DNA from: Clostridia bacterium
GTDB lineage: Bacteria; Bacillota; Clostridia; RGIG6154
Direction: 5' to 3'
Length of the DNA: 64,000 bases
Assembly (NCBI GenBank): GCA_045589295.1
Contig: JAZNOU010000013.1
Span: 1 to 64,000 of the forward strand
The position numbers were made by a program, and so were the translations under genes. Within the stretch, counting starts at the first letter, position 1. The number at the start of each line of letters is the position of its first letter. The notes under the pieces were generated by a model. The model was not told where the DNA came from. It was given only the letters and a program-made list of their open reading frames with translations, and ran no database searches. Shown one piece after another: positions 1-8,804 of this stretch.

Positions 1-150
1 TGCGATTTCCACAAGTTTTTCAAGTTCTTCCGGGCGCATCTTTAAATAGAAGTCCTGTTTTCCAGCTTCTTTATATATGCCAGCTACAAGACCGAGAAGT
101 TCAGAATCCCATTTATGTTCTTTGATTATCGAATAATTAAACATTCTCAT
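1..150 (-). CDS. Fic family protein, N-terminal 50 aa (runs off window edge)
   Basis: Not in the ORF track. AGGAGG RBS then ATG at 150; MRMFNYSIIKEHKWDSELLGLVAGIYKEAGKQDFYLKMRPEELEKLVEIA resembles the N-terminus of clostridial Fic proteins. Catalytic motif lies outside the window. Confidence 0.7.
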   Translation of the reverse strand, partial: MRMFNYSIIKEHKWDSELLGLVAGIYKEAGKQDFYLKMRPEELEKLVEIA

Positions 151-168
151 GCCCTTAACCTCCTTTCT

Positions 169-230
169 TTCCCTTAAATATTATCACATATTAAGGGAAT
201 TGTCAATGTTTTAAGTAAATTTTCCCTTAT
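169..230 (-). promoter_or_regulatory. SigA promoter of the Fic gene overlapped by TTCCCTTAA repeats
   Basis: TTGACA (206-201) and GATAAT (185-180) on minus; ttcccttaa 169-177, ttaagggaa 191-199, ttcccttat 222-230. Confidence 0.45.
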
Positions 231-290
231 TTATTGTTTCTTTTTAAGGTATGGTTATTCTGTCAAACTGTTTTATCATTTCATATATTT

Positions 291-322
291 TTATCTAACA
301 TTTTTCTAGCACTTTTCTAGCG
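291..322. repeat. Three 11-bp-period direct repeats, putative integrase arm-type sites
   Basis: ttatctaaca 291-300, ttttctagca 302-311, ttttctagcg 313-322, about 170 bp from the tRNA fragment. Confidence 0.55.
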
Positions 323-488
323 AAAACCCAAAAAAAGCATCAAAAAGTGGCAATACGAAATTTTAGAGAACAGCAAAGGCTTTGAAGGAATTTATCCCCT
401 CAAAGCCTTGATTTTATGCGGTTTTTATCGCTTTTTAAGTTCCTTTAACTTCCGCTTATTTCGTCTATCTAAAAAGAGTGTCTAGGAG

Positions 489-548
489 CTCGAAATCCGG
501 TAGGTCGGTTTTGCCGGCGCTAGGGTTCAAATCCCTACATCTCCGCCA
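489..548 (+). mobile_element. att site: 3' half of tRNA-Ser(CGA), displaced by an integrative element
   Basis: CT-CGA-AA anticodon loop, long variable arm, T arm taggg-TTCAAAT-cccta, acceptor strand catctcc-G-CCA. No 5' half (GGAGATG, D arm) upstream, so not a functional tRNA. Confidence 0.8.
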
Positions 549-610
549 AAAAAACCTTTTTTGTATAACAGTACATAAGAGGTTCTTTTTAGTTTTCGCC
601 ATAAATTTGA

Positions 611-826
611 CCAGAATATTTATTTAACGACGCGATACTGTTTGCGTGCGATATTGCATCCACGATTATAACAACGACTTTTAAAGATAAACATAAAGAG
701 ACAGTAAACTATTTTTGTCCAAGCGAATTCTTTGCCAAATTCTTTCGGTTAATAAAAAAGTTGCTGCCACCGTGTAAAGAAGTATCAGTAGCACTTAAAA
801 CAAATGAAGATTTTGAAGACGAATAA
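611..826 (+). pseudogene. Headless 71-codon reading frame, probable 3' gene remnant
   Basis: Open from 611 to TAA at 824-826 (...FKDKHKETVNYFCPSEFFAKFFRLIKKLLPPCKEVSVALKTNEDFEDE*). No start codon or RBS at its 5' end; followed by a hairpin at 834-861. Confidence 0.4.
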
Positions 827-935
827 GTATAATACCACCAAACTTAATAATGTTTGGTGGTTACTTTAATGTCTTAGGTGTGTAACTCTCTATGCAAAAT
901 CACATCAGTATTTTTTTGTTACTTTTATAGCATTA

Positions 936-2111
936 TCAGCCGTTGCATACCTGTATGATTTTATCAGCTGCACCTTTTGCACCCGAAGAGTTTTTAAATC
1001 CTATGGCAATTTTCTTGGCATTTTCTTTATATGTGCCATCACTTAATATTTCATTGATTGCACTCAAAACTAAAGCCCCGTCTAATTTATCAAGTTTTAT
1101 TCCTGCGTTAAGCTGAGAAACTCGCTCTGCAACACCTTTTTGCTCTGATGTTTGTGGTAGCATTACAAGCGGAACTTCAAAATATAAGCTTTCGCTGACG
1201 CTATTCATTCCGCAGTGCGACACAAATATATCCGCTTTTTTCAAAACGGCGATTTGGTCAACATATGAATAAACCAAAATATTTTCTGGTATATCCCCAA
1301 AATCCTTAATAGGCACCATATTACCAACTGACATAATTACCTGAAAATCCGTATTTGATAAAGCAGATATGCATTTCTTGTAAAATGGCATCATATCATT
1401 ATTGACAGTTCCCATGGATATATAAATCAGTTTGTCCCTCTTTTTGTCAATCTCATCGGTTGCAGGACGAATTGAGGGGCCGACAAATGCGTACTTTTCC
1501 GAAAAAGTTTCTGAACAAGGTTGAAATTCAGGAGAGGTATAGACGATGGTATTGGTGTTATCATCATTGCCGATAATATCAAGAATATTATTAACAGGAT
1601 ACCCCTTATCCTTTAGTCGTTTGACTTGCTTTGATGTTTTTGGCATTACGAAAATCATCTTAAATAAATCACCGATGCCTTGTTGCATAATCTTTGCCGA
1701 GTGCTGATTAAAGGCAAAGGTTGTTGTTGAAGAAACAAAAGGAATGCCGAGTTTAAGCGCAACTGCTTTTCCCCATAGTGCCATGGAATCTGCAACAATG
1801 CAATCAGGCTTAAGTTCTGCCATCTCTTTGCAAATCTTGTCATCAAGAGCCAATGTGGTATCTACAAGTATTTTTGTAGAGAACGCCAGGTCTTTTCCCA
1901 CCCGAGTAGAGTCTTTGGCACTCAAGTTTTGCTCCGTATCATAATCGTCACAGGATATAAATATAGCTCCTGTAGACTCGATTTTTTCACGCATAATGTT
2001 ATATGAATAATACCACACCTGATGCCCGCGAGAGATTAATTCTCGAACAACTCCCAAAGTGGGGTTAGTATGTCCGTGTGCCGGAATGCAAAAGAACACT
2101 ATTTTGCTCAT
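936..2111 (-). CDS. GT1 family (MGT/OleD-like) UDP-glycosyltransferase
   Basis: N-terminal AHGHTNP motif, YISMGT, and C-terminal donor box FVSHCGMNSVSESL...P..SEQ. Confidence 0.88.
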   Translation of the reverse strand: MSKIVFFCIPAHGHTNPTLGVVRELISRGHQVWYYSYNIMREKIESTGAIFISCDDYDTEQNLSAKDSTRVGKDLAFSTKILVDTTLALDDKICKEMAELKPDCIVADSMALWGKAVALKLGIPFVSSTTTFAFNQHSAKIMQQGIGDLFKMIFVMPKTSKQVKRLKDKGYPVNNILDIIGNDDNTNTIVYTSPEFQPCSETFSEKYAFVGPSIRPATDEIDKKRDKLIYISMGTVNNDMMPFYKKCISALSNTDFQVIMSVGNMVPIKDFGDIPENILVYSYVDQIAVLKKADIFVSHCGMNSVSESLYFEVPLVMLPQTSEQKGVAERVSQLNAGIKLDKLDGALVLSAINEILSDGTYKENAKKIAIGFKNSSGAKGAADKIIQVCNG

Positions 2112-2126
2112 GTTGCTACACCTGCC

Positions 2127-2336
2127 TTATTCTTCTATATCGCTAAAAATTCGTTTTATAAAATCCTGTTGCTTTGCTTTAGGTAGAATTGCTATTCCTT
2201 TTTCTTTATCACCTAAAACCAAGATCTCATCCCCCGGCTGCAAATCAAACAGTTCTCTTGCTTCTTTAGGAATAACAAACTGTCCCTTTTCACCAATTTT
2301 GACCATCCACGCATATTTTCCTGCGTTAATATTCAT
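2127..2336 (-). CDS. AbrB/MazE/SpoVT-type DNA-binding protein
   Basis: VKIGEKGQFVIPKEARELFDLQPGDEI swapped-hairpin signature; GAGGTG RBS. Confidence 0.88.
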   Translation of the reverse strand: MNINAGKYAWMVKIGEKGQFVIPKEARELFDLQPGDEILVLGDKEKGIAILPKAKQQDFIKRIFSDIEE

Positions 2337-2359
2337 ATCGCACCTCTATTGTATAATTA

Positions 2360-2397
2360 GTATGAATAATCATACCACAATAAGATATAAATGTCAA
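2360..2397 (-). promoter_or_regulatory. SigA promoter with palindromic operator over the -10
   Basis: TTGACA (2397-2392), TGG-TATGAT; palindrome GTATGA-ATAA-TCATAC at 2360-2375. Confidence 0.55.
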
Positions 2398-2460
2398 CAA
2401 AAAATACTTTACATAAAACAAAAGATGTGACCTTAGCCACACCTTATCATTTTATAAAAA

Positions 2461-4923
2461 TCATTCACCCAGCCCGTACTTAGTTTTTACTCTTTCTATT
2501 TTGCTAATCATCGGTAATGCAAAAAACCAGAGAAAAACTGATGTCCCAAGTGCCAAAATTATGTCAAAAGATATTCCTGCAGCATAAGAGGCGGATAACA
2601 TTTCCCATGTTATTTTATTTTGCCACATAATAATAGATGCAGAATTCATAATACCACCATGAATAATGACTGTTGACAAAAAACCAAACACACAAAGCGG
2701 CACCCTACTTTTTTTCAATATTCCTGCTTTAAAAAGCATTCCTGAAATAAATCCAACAACACCAAGAGCAACCATTTGCCAAGGTGTCCACGGGCCGTGT
2801 CCAAAGAAAAAATTTGAAATAAATGTACTTACTGCACCGACTAAAAATCCCGCTTCCCCGCCAAGGCATACCCCTGCCACAATCACAATAGCAACAACGG
2901 GCTTAAACTGCGGCAACATAAAAAATGCTGCTCTGCTCACTACTGCAAGTGCACATAAGACACTTATAACTATAACTTCTCTTCCCTTAGGTTTTCTACG
3001 CTCAAACATCATACAAAACGGTATAAGTGTTTCAAGTATTATTAAAATGCTTGTTAAATAATATTTTCTGTCTCCTAAAAATTCTGTGCCTATATAAATT
3101 GTGAAAGGAATCAAAAACAAGAACAAAATTATTGACATTATATTTGTTTTTGAAAATTTGGGGGTTATTTTTTCAAATTGGGTGTTTATTTCTTGTTTTG
3201 GGTTTTGTTGAACTATTTCGTTCAATTCAGTATTTTTATGTTTCTGCTTTGTTTTACTTTCAACTGTTCCTCCGCAAGCAAGTATTATGTCTTCTGGCAA
3301 AACTGCATCAGAAAGACAAGTTCTTGCCATACGGTTCGCTGCTGTTGTATAAAAACTGTTACCCTTAAAAAATTCTCTGGGGGTACCCATTGAGGTAATA
3401 CTGCCATCAAAGAAAAGAGCGCACCTATCAGCAAATTGAGCACAAAATTCTATATCATGGGAAACCAAAAGGATTGTTACACCATTAGATTTTAAATCCA
3501 TAATAATATTTCCAAATTTCTCTTTAAAGTGTACGTCCATTCCTTTTGTTGGCTCATCAAGAAGCAGTATCCCAGGTTCCATAAGAAGTATTTTAGCAAG
3601 TGCAGCTCTTTGCTGTTCCCCTCCTGACAAATCATAAGGGTGGCTGTCTAAGAGGTTTTCAATTCTGCAAAGCAGAGCGACGTCTTTGATTTTTTGTTCT
3701 TTTTCTTGATTTGAAAGCTTTGTCTCGGACAAAATTTCCATTAGATCAAGATAAACTGTCTTTTTAATAAACACACTCTGTGGATTTTGCGGCAAAACAC
3801 CCAAAATTCCCTTATACAGATTTTTAATTTCAGAATGGCTTTGACCGCTTATAAACACATCGCCTCTATATGGTGTGTTTATGCCAGAAATTAGTGAAAG
3901 GGCAGTGGACTTTCCTGTACCGTTACCACCAACCAAACAGAAAATCTCACTTTTTTTAATGCTTAAATTAAGTCCTTTTATGACATCTGGTAAATCTTTT
4001 TGATATCTAAACCACGCATCTTTGATCTCAATTATTATATTATTGTTGTACAGTGGATTATCATTTGGAATTGCATCTTGATTTAATAAATTATTTCTTT
4101 TATATTCTTCAAGCCAACATCTTCCATCCCTTACAGTTAAAGGACAAGGCAGAGAATTCTTAACACTACCATGGACTCTCATTGGAGTTGGCATTGCCTT
4201 ATACATATCGTGGTTTATCTCTTTGAGAATTCTGCCAACAGCTCTAGGTGTATCATTTGCTATAATTTCCCCGTCATCCATAACTATTACCCTGTCAGCT
4301 ATAGGAAGCACTTCTTCTAAGCGATGTTCGGCGAGAATTACAGTTATTCCTAATTCGTTATTAATTTTTTTTATACTATTTATAAATTCATTGGCAGAAA
4401 TCGGATCTAGCTGGCTTGTAGGCTCGTCCAAAATTAAAACAGAGGGTTGCATTACCATAACTGACGCAAGATTTAATAGTTGCTTTTGTCCTCCTGAAAG
4501 CTCCGCTACTTTTTTGTAGAACCAATTTTGTATGCCAAAAAACGATGCCATTTCAGACACCCTTGTTCTTATTTCAGCTGTTTTATACCTTAAGTTTTCC
4601 AGTCCAAATGCAAGTTCGTGCCACACCTTGTCGGTTACAATCTGGTTGTCCGGATTTTGCGTTACAAATCCAATGCCTGAGGCTTGTTCTCTGCTTCCGC
4701 AATCCGCAACAAGTCTTCCGTTAAAATAGACATTCCCGCTTATTTCTCCGTACGGTGACAAAGACGGTTTCACAAGCCTTAAAAGCGTAGTTTTTCCACA
4801 TCCTGATTTTCCGCACACCAAAACAAACTCGCCTTGATTTACAGTGAAATTTATATTTTTGAGCACAGCTTCACTTCTGCCAGGGTATGTAAAACTTATA
4901 TTTTCAAACCTTATGCTTTCCAT
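2461..4923 (-). CDS. ECF transporter fusion: two ABC ATPase domains plus C-terminal S component (CbrT-like)
   Basis: Walker A GKSGCGKT and GGNGTGKS, two LSGG and LDEPT sets; polar linker; then a hydrophobic S domain with FKPVVAI and GPWTPWQM. Confidence 0.85.
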   Translation of the reverse strand: MESIRFENISFTYPGRSEAVLKNINFTVNQGEFVLVCGKSGCGKTTLLRLVKPSLSPYGEISGNVYFNGRLVADCGSREQASGIGFVTQNPDNQIVTDKVWHELAFGLENLRYKTAEIRTRVSEMASFFGIQNWFYKKVAELSGGQKQLLNLASVMVMQPSVLILDEPTSQLDPISANEFINSIKKINNELGITVILAEHRLEEVLPIADRVIVMDDGEIIANDTPRAVGRILKEINHDMYKAMPTPMRVHGSVKNSLPCPLTVRDGRCWLEEYKRNNLLNQDAIPNDNPLYNNNIIIEIKDAWFRYQKDLPDVIKGLNLSIKKSEIFCLVGGNGTGKSTALSLISGINTPYRGDVFISGQSHSEIKNLYKGILGVLPQNPQSVFIKKTVYLDLMEILSETKLSNQEKEQKIKDVALLCRIENLLDSHPYDLSGGEQQRAALAKILLMEPGILLLDEPTKGMDVHFKEKFGNIIMDLKSNGVTILLVSHDIEFCAQFADRCALFFDGSITSMGTPREFFKGNSFYTTAANRMARTCLSDAVLPEDIILACGGTVESKTKQKHKNTELNEIVQQNPKQEINTQFEKITPKFSKTNIMSIILFLFLIPFTIYIGTEFLGDRKYYLTSILIILETLIPFCMMFERRKPKGREVIVISVLCALAVVSRAAFFMLPQFKPVVAIVIVAGVCLGGEAGFLVGAVSTFISNFFFGHGPWTPWQMVALGVVGFISGMLFKAGILKKSRVPLCVFGFLSTVIIHGGIMNSASIIMWQNKITWEMLSASYAAGISFDIILALGTSVFLWFFALPMISKIERVKTKYGLGE

Positions 4924-5789
4924 CTTCTCACCTCCAAAATTTCAATTATTACTGGACACATACAAAGCAGAAAATATGCCAAAAATACACTTATGTCAAA
5001 CACAGAATAGCCTGTGAATTTTATTGCCGGAAAATAACTAAATCGTGTTACTCCCATTATACTTCCGAAAAATGTATATATCCCCAATCCCAAAATACAA
5101 ACAAGCACTTTTTTGTCTCTCATATCTAATTTAAATATAGAAAATGACGTTCTTTTAGGCAAGCCATAACCACGGGATTTCATACTATCCGCCATTTCTA
5201 CAGAATTTTCAAGCGACCATGTTGTAAGAATTGATAAAATATTAAGTCCGTTCTTTACCCGTCTAATAATTCCACCGCTTCTTAAATCTCTGCCCATGCA
5301 CTTTTGTGAGTTTGTAATTATTTTAAGCTGTGCTAAAAAATTAGGCACAAACTTTAGCGTCATTGATATGATAAGTGACAAGGTAGGAATTATTCTACCA
5401 AACAAATATATAAATTTATCGCTTGTCATAACCTCGCTGTAACATGAAAAATGGCACACAACTGCAACTATCATCAACGCCGTGCTAACACCATAAATCA
5501 TTGATTCTAATGTAAGCGGATTTCCACTTGGCAGATAACCAACAACTGTAATCCCCTCATGGTTAAAGGCCGGATTTATCAATGCCATTATTATAAACAT
5601 CACAAGCATATATATTAAATTAATTCTAACTGTTTTTCTTCCCTTTAAAACCACTAAATATATAAACCCTGAAACCAGCGAAATACCAAGGCACACAGGA
5701 TGCATAAAAAAGCAAGAAAACCCTATAACAAATAAAAAATATGTAAAATTTACAACAGGGTGAAACGTTTTAAATTCATTCAATAGCAT
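4911..5789 (-). CDS. ECF transporter transmembrane T component (EcfT)
   Basis: HP at the N-terminus, TM helices, coupling-helix motifs QKCMG and ADSMKSRGY; overlaps the ATPase start. Confidence 0.85.
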   Translation of the reverse strand: MLLNEFKTFHPVVNFTYFLFVIGFSCFFMHPVCLGISLVSGFIYLVVLKGRKTVRINLIYMLVMFIIMALINPAFNHEGITVVGYLPSGNPLTLESMIYGVSTALMIVAVVCHFSCYSEVMTSDKFIYLFGRIIPTLSLIISMTLKFVPNFLAQLKIITNSQKCMGRDLRSGGIIRRVKNGLNILSILTTWSLENSVEMADSMKSRGYGLPKRTSFSIFKLDMRDKKVLVCILGLGIYTFFGSIMGVTRFSYFPAIKFTGYSVFDISVFLAYFLLCMCPVIIEILEVRRWKA

Positions 5790-6426
5790 AGTTTACTCCC
5801 AAATCTTTTCCCATTTCGCATGTATACAATATTTCTATATTATCACCGTTACTTACATAATATAAAGAACAACCCACATTGGGGATTTGACCATTTACTC
5901 TGTAGAGCCAACCCGACAATTCCCCGCAATCAAACTCATAGATATTTGCAATTCCCTTTATATAAGCAGTTTCGTAAACAGGTGTAAATTCAAATTCAAA
6001 GTGAATTTTATTTTGTTTCATTTCTCTTAAAAGTACATTAAAAACACTTTCACCTTCATAGAAAGGCACATCTTTTGAGTAATAAATTATTCCGTTTTCA
6101 GGAATTATTCCTGTTTTTTGTTCATCAAAACAATCTATATTTTTTAAAATTGTATCACATTTTACACTAATTGTGCAAGTTAAATTTTTGGTGTCATCAG
6201 GAGTCGAAATATCTCTTATCTCCACTTTGCTTTCAACTGCATTTTTCTCCTCGCGTTCTTCTTTAATCTCTATGTTATATGTAGTGTCTGATTTTTCTTT
6301 ATCATTATAGCTAATTGTTGTATCGTTTTTTTTGCTATCTTCGTGTGGAACAAAGATAGCGTTCCACACAAAGATAAGTGCAATTATAAAAATAACAGAA
6401 GTTAACGCAATAACTCTTTTTTTCAT
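5776..6426 (-). CDS. Membrane-anchored DUF4430 (transcobalamin C-terminal-like) protein
   Basis: N-terminal TM helix, charged linker, then GESVFNVL...YIKGIANIYEFDCGELSGWLYRVNG...YTC. Confidence 0.8.
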   Translation of the reverse strand: MKKRVIALTSVIFIIALIFVWNAIFVPHEDSKKNDTTISYNDKEKSDTTYNIEIKEEREEKNAVESKVEIRDISTPDDTKNLTCTISVKCDTILKNIDCFDEQKTGIIPENGIIYYSKDVPFYEGESVFNVLLREMKQNKIHFEFEFTPVYETAYIKGIANIYEFDCGELSGWLYRVNGQIPNVGCSLYYVSNGDNIEILYTCEMGKDLGVNYAIE

Positions 6427-8654
6427 TCAATCACCTGTAATAGCTTTGCTTTGAGCATCATATTGTATAGTAGCTGTGCTATTTCACCACGACAAACATT
6501 TTTAATTGGTTGTATTGTCATTTCATCCGATAACAGTTGGGTTTTATAACAAAATGCAAGTGCATCATTTGCCCATAACGATGCCGATGTATAATCACTA
6601 AATCCAGCTAAATAATTTCGATAATTTTTAATTGTTGTATCAATTCCACAAAGACTTGCTGCACGCATAATCATAACCGCTGCTTCTTCCTTTGTGATAA
6701 ATCCTTCAGGATTAAATTCGTTTTCAGAAATTCCTTTGATAATTCCGTATGCATAGGCAGTATTTACATACTCATAAAACCAATCATATTCAGAAATATC
6801 AGTAAACTCCCTTCCTTCCTTTGTCGGCAAATACAAACTATTTACAATTATTGTTGCAAACTCTGCTCTTGTCATACACTCGTTTGGTTCAAACTTTTGA
6901 TTATCCTTGCCGTGAATAATATTTCTTTTTGCCAGCTCCTCAATAGCAAACTGATTTCCATGACCATCAATGTCATTAAATGTCTTAGAGTCATCAATAA
7001 TTTCTCTTTCTTTAATGTCAGGATTTTTATTTTCAAGTCCAAACTTTTGCTCATTTTTATTATCCTTTTTATTTGCAGTTCCTGAAGATGGAGTAAACAC
7101 AGGCGCATTTCTTTCCAAATTATAATTATCTGTATAAAACCAAATCACAGATTGATTATCCGAAAGGATTGTTTGATCACTGCCCTTTTCTGAGAAGTTG
7201 CCATCAACAGTAAACATCCATCCCGAATTATTTCCGTGCTCAAATTCCTTTATGTAATTTATGGCTGATACATATCCGTTATTTTCAACAAAACTAATGT
7301 TATTTTTATTTAGCAATGATTTAAGCGCCTCTAATACACTGCTTCCTCTTTTAATTGATATCGTTTCATTTGCCAAGGCCTCGTAAGATGAAGCATTATT
7401 CTTATATGTAAAAGAATTTGAACACGAATTTTTGTTATGAGCCATAACTTTTATTTTTACGTTAATTTTCTTTTCAATACTCGGAGACTGACTGTTTGGA
7501 GATAAACTAACAGAAATAGTTTTAGGTATGTGAAATTCAGCCTCCTCAGGCAAAATCACCACTGTTCCTCTTGTAGTTTGATATACCGAATGTGATACTG
7601 TATAAGTATGTGTTCCTGCAGGCAAGTCGTATTTAAAATCTGCAACTTTATCAAAGCCTTCTACAATTACAGAAGAATCTTTTGGTACTACATCAAACGT
7701 AACAGGCGCATATTTTGACCATGTGGCATGTGCTTCATTATAAGGATATGATGAAAAATCGTAAATCCTGGTTCCTAAGGGAAGCATTGTTGACAACAAT
7801 CCTCTAAAACCTTGTTCGGTTGAAAACGAATTATAATCAGGCACAAATCCGTCCATGCCATCTGATGCCTGCGACATTATTCCGTCAAACATATTTTTCC
7901 CGTTGTTTATAACACTGCCTGAATCAATTCCAAGTGCAGACAATGCTGTCATTGCAAGTCCATGCGATGCTGCATTGCTGATAAGTCCTGTTTCATCCTG
8001 AAAGGCTGTAACAAGCGGAATGGTTTCGTCTATTGCTACTTTGATTTGCTCATTCGAATTATAATAAGGTGCAAGTGCCAAAAGCATTGGTGTTGCGGCG
8101 TCCGTACCCCAGACAGTACTTTGCCAAGCTGCTTTGTTTGTAATAGCCTCTGAAATTAAATATGCCATTTGCTCTGCACTTGCATAGTTATTGCCTTGTT
8201 GCAAAGCCAAAATTACATAAGGAAGTGTATACTCATTTCTTACACTATCTGAACCCTCATCAACCATATCAGTCAGCTTTTTTACTAAGTCAATTTGCTC
8301 AAAATCGGCTGTGTATAAATTTCTTGCATCATAGCCCAAAGCTCTTAAAGCAATAATAGATTTAGCAAAAACTGAAGGAGCAGTTGCAACACTTATATCA
8401 GCAATTATTTTATCAACACATGCCTGACGAACTGTGGGCGTAATAACTCTTTTTTGATACACGCTCTCATAAACAGCTAAATCAGCTACAAACCACGCCA
8501 TATTAGGATCGTTTACAAGTTCCTCACCCGAATATTTTTCCGCAATACTGTGAATAATCCCTTCTTGCTGTGCAGCCGCACTTATCGGTAAATTACATAC
8601 CCCTAAAATCACTATAGCTGCTAAAAAAATTGATAATAGTTTTTTTGTTTTCAT
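6423..8654 (-). CDS. Secreted SLH-anchored protein with helical alpha/alpha-barrel-like region, Ig-like region, DUF4430 and three SLH repeats
   Basis: Signal peptide MKTKKLL..ISA; helical repeats (IALRALGYD, LLALAPYY, ALSALGID, STEQGFRGL); SGWMFTVDG; SLH motifs FNDIDGH..MTRAEF, FTDI..ITKEE, FSD..CRGE. Start moved to the RBS-supported ATG. Confidence 0.8.
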   Translation of the reverse strand: MKTKKLLSIFLAAIVILGVCNLPISAAAQQEGIIHSIAEKYSGEELVNDPNMAWFVADLAVYESVYQKRVITPTVRQACVDKIIADISVATAPSVFAKSIIALRALGYDARNLYTADFEQIDLVKKLTDMVDEGSDSVRNEYTLPYVILALQQGNNYASAEQMAYLISEAITNKAAWQSTVWGTDAATPMLLALAPYYNSNEQIKVAIDETIPLVTAFQDETGLISNAASHGLAMTALSALGIDSGSVINNGKNMFDGIMSQASDGMDGFVPDYNSFSTEQGFRGLLSTMLPLGTRIYDFSSYPYNEAHATWSKYAPVTFDVVPKDSSVIVEGFDKVADFKYDLPAGTHTYTVSHSVYQTTRGTVVILPEEAEFHIPKTISVSLSPNSQSPSIEKKINVKIKVMAHNKNSCSNSFTYKNNASSYEALANETISIKRGSSVLEALKSLLNKNNISFVENNGYVSAINYIKEFEHGNNSGWMFTVDGNFSEKGSDQTILSDNQSVIWFYTDNYNLERNAPVFTPSSGTANKKDNKNEQKFGLENKNPDIKEREIIDDSKTFNDIDGHGNQFAIEELAKRNIIHGKDNQKFEPNECMTRAEFATIIVNSLYLPTKEGREFTDISEYDWFYEYVNTAYAYGIIKGISENEFNPEGFITKEEAAVMIMRAASLCGIDTTIKNYRNYLAGFSDYTSASLWANDALAFCYKTQLLSDEMTIQPIKNVCRGEIAQLLYNMMLKAKLLQVIE

Positions 8655-8681
8655 TTTTATCATCCTTTCCTTTCGCCGCAT

Positions 8682-8727
8682 AAAACAAAAAACTGCGGCA
8701 ATTTTTCTTTTTGAAAAATTACCACAG
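8682..8727 (-). terminator. Leader terminator T2, just upstream of the SLH gene
   Basis: 15-bp stem CUGUGGUAAUUUUUC/GAAAAAUUGCCGCAG followed by UUUUUUGUUUU. Confidence 0.65.
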
Positions 8728-8766
8728 CTGAGTTTTTCTGTGATTAATCACAATTTGGAAAATACC

Positions 8767-8804
8767 AAAAAAGCTACCTTGCAAACAAGTATTTGCAAGA
8801 TAAC
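8767..8804 (-). terminator. Leader terminator T1, riboswitch expression platform
   Basis: GUUAUCUUGCAAA/UUUGCAAGGUAGC followed by U6. Confidence 0.65.

Noticed and set aside
455-548. Functional tRNA-Ser
   Set aside because: 5' acceptor strand and D arm are missing; only the anticodon-loop-to-CCA half is present.
936-2336. Type II toxin-antitoxin pair (AbrB/MazE antitoxin)
   Set aside because: The partner is a full-length small-molecule GT1 enzyme, not a recognised toxin fold.
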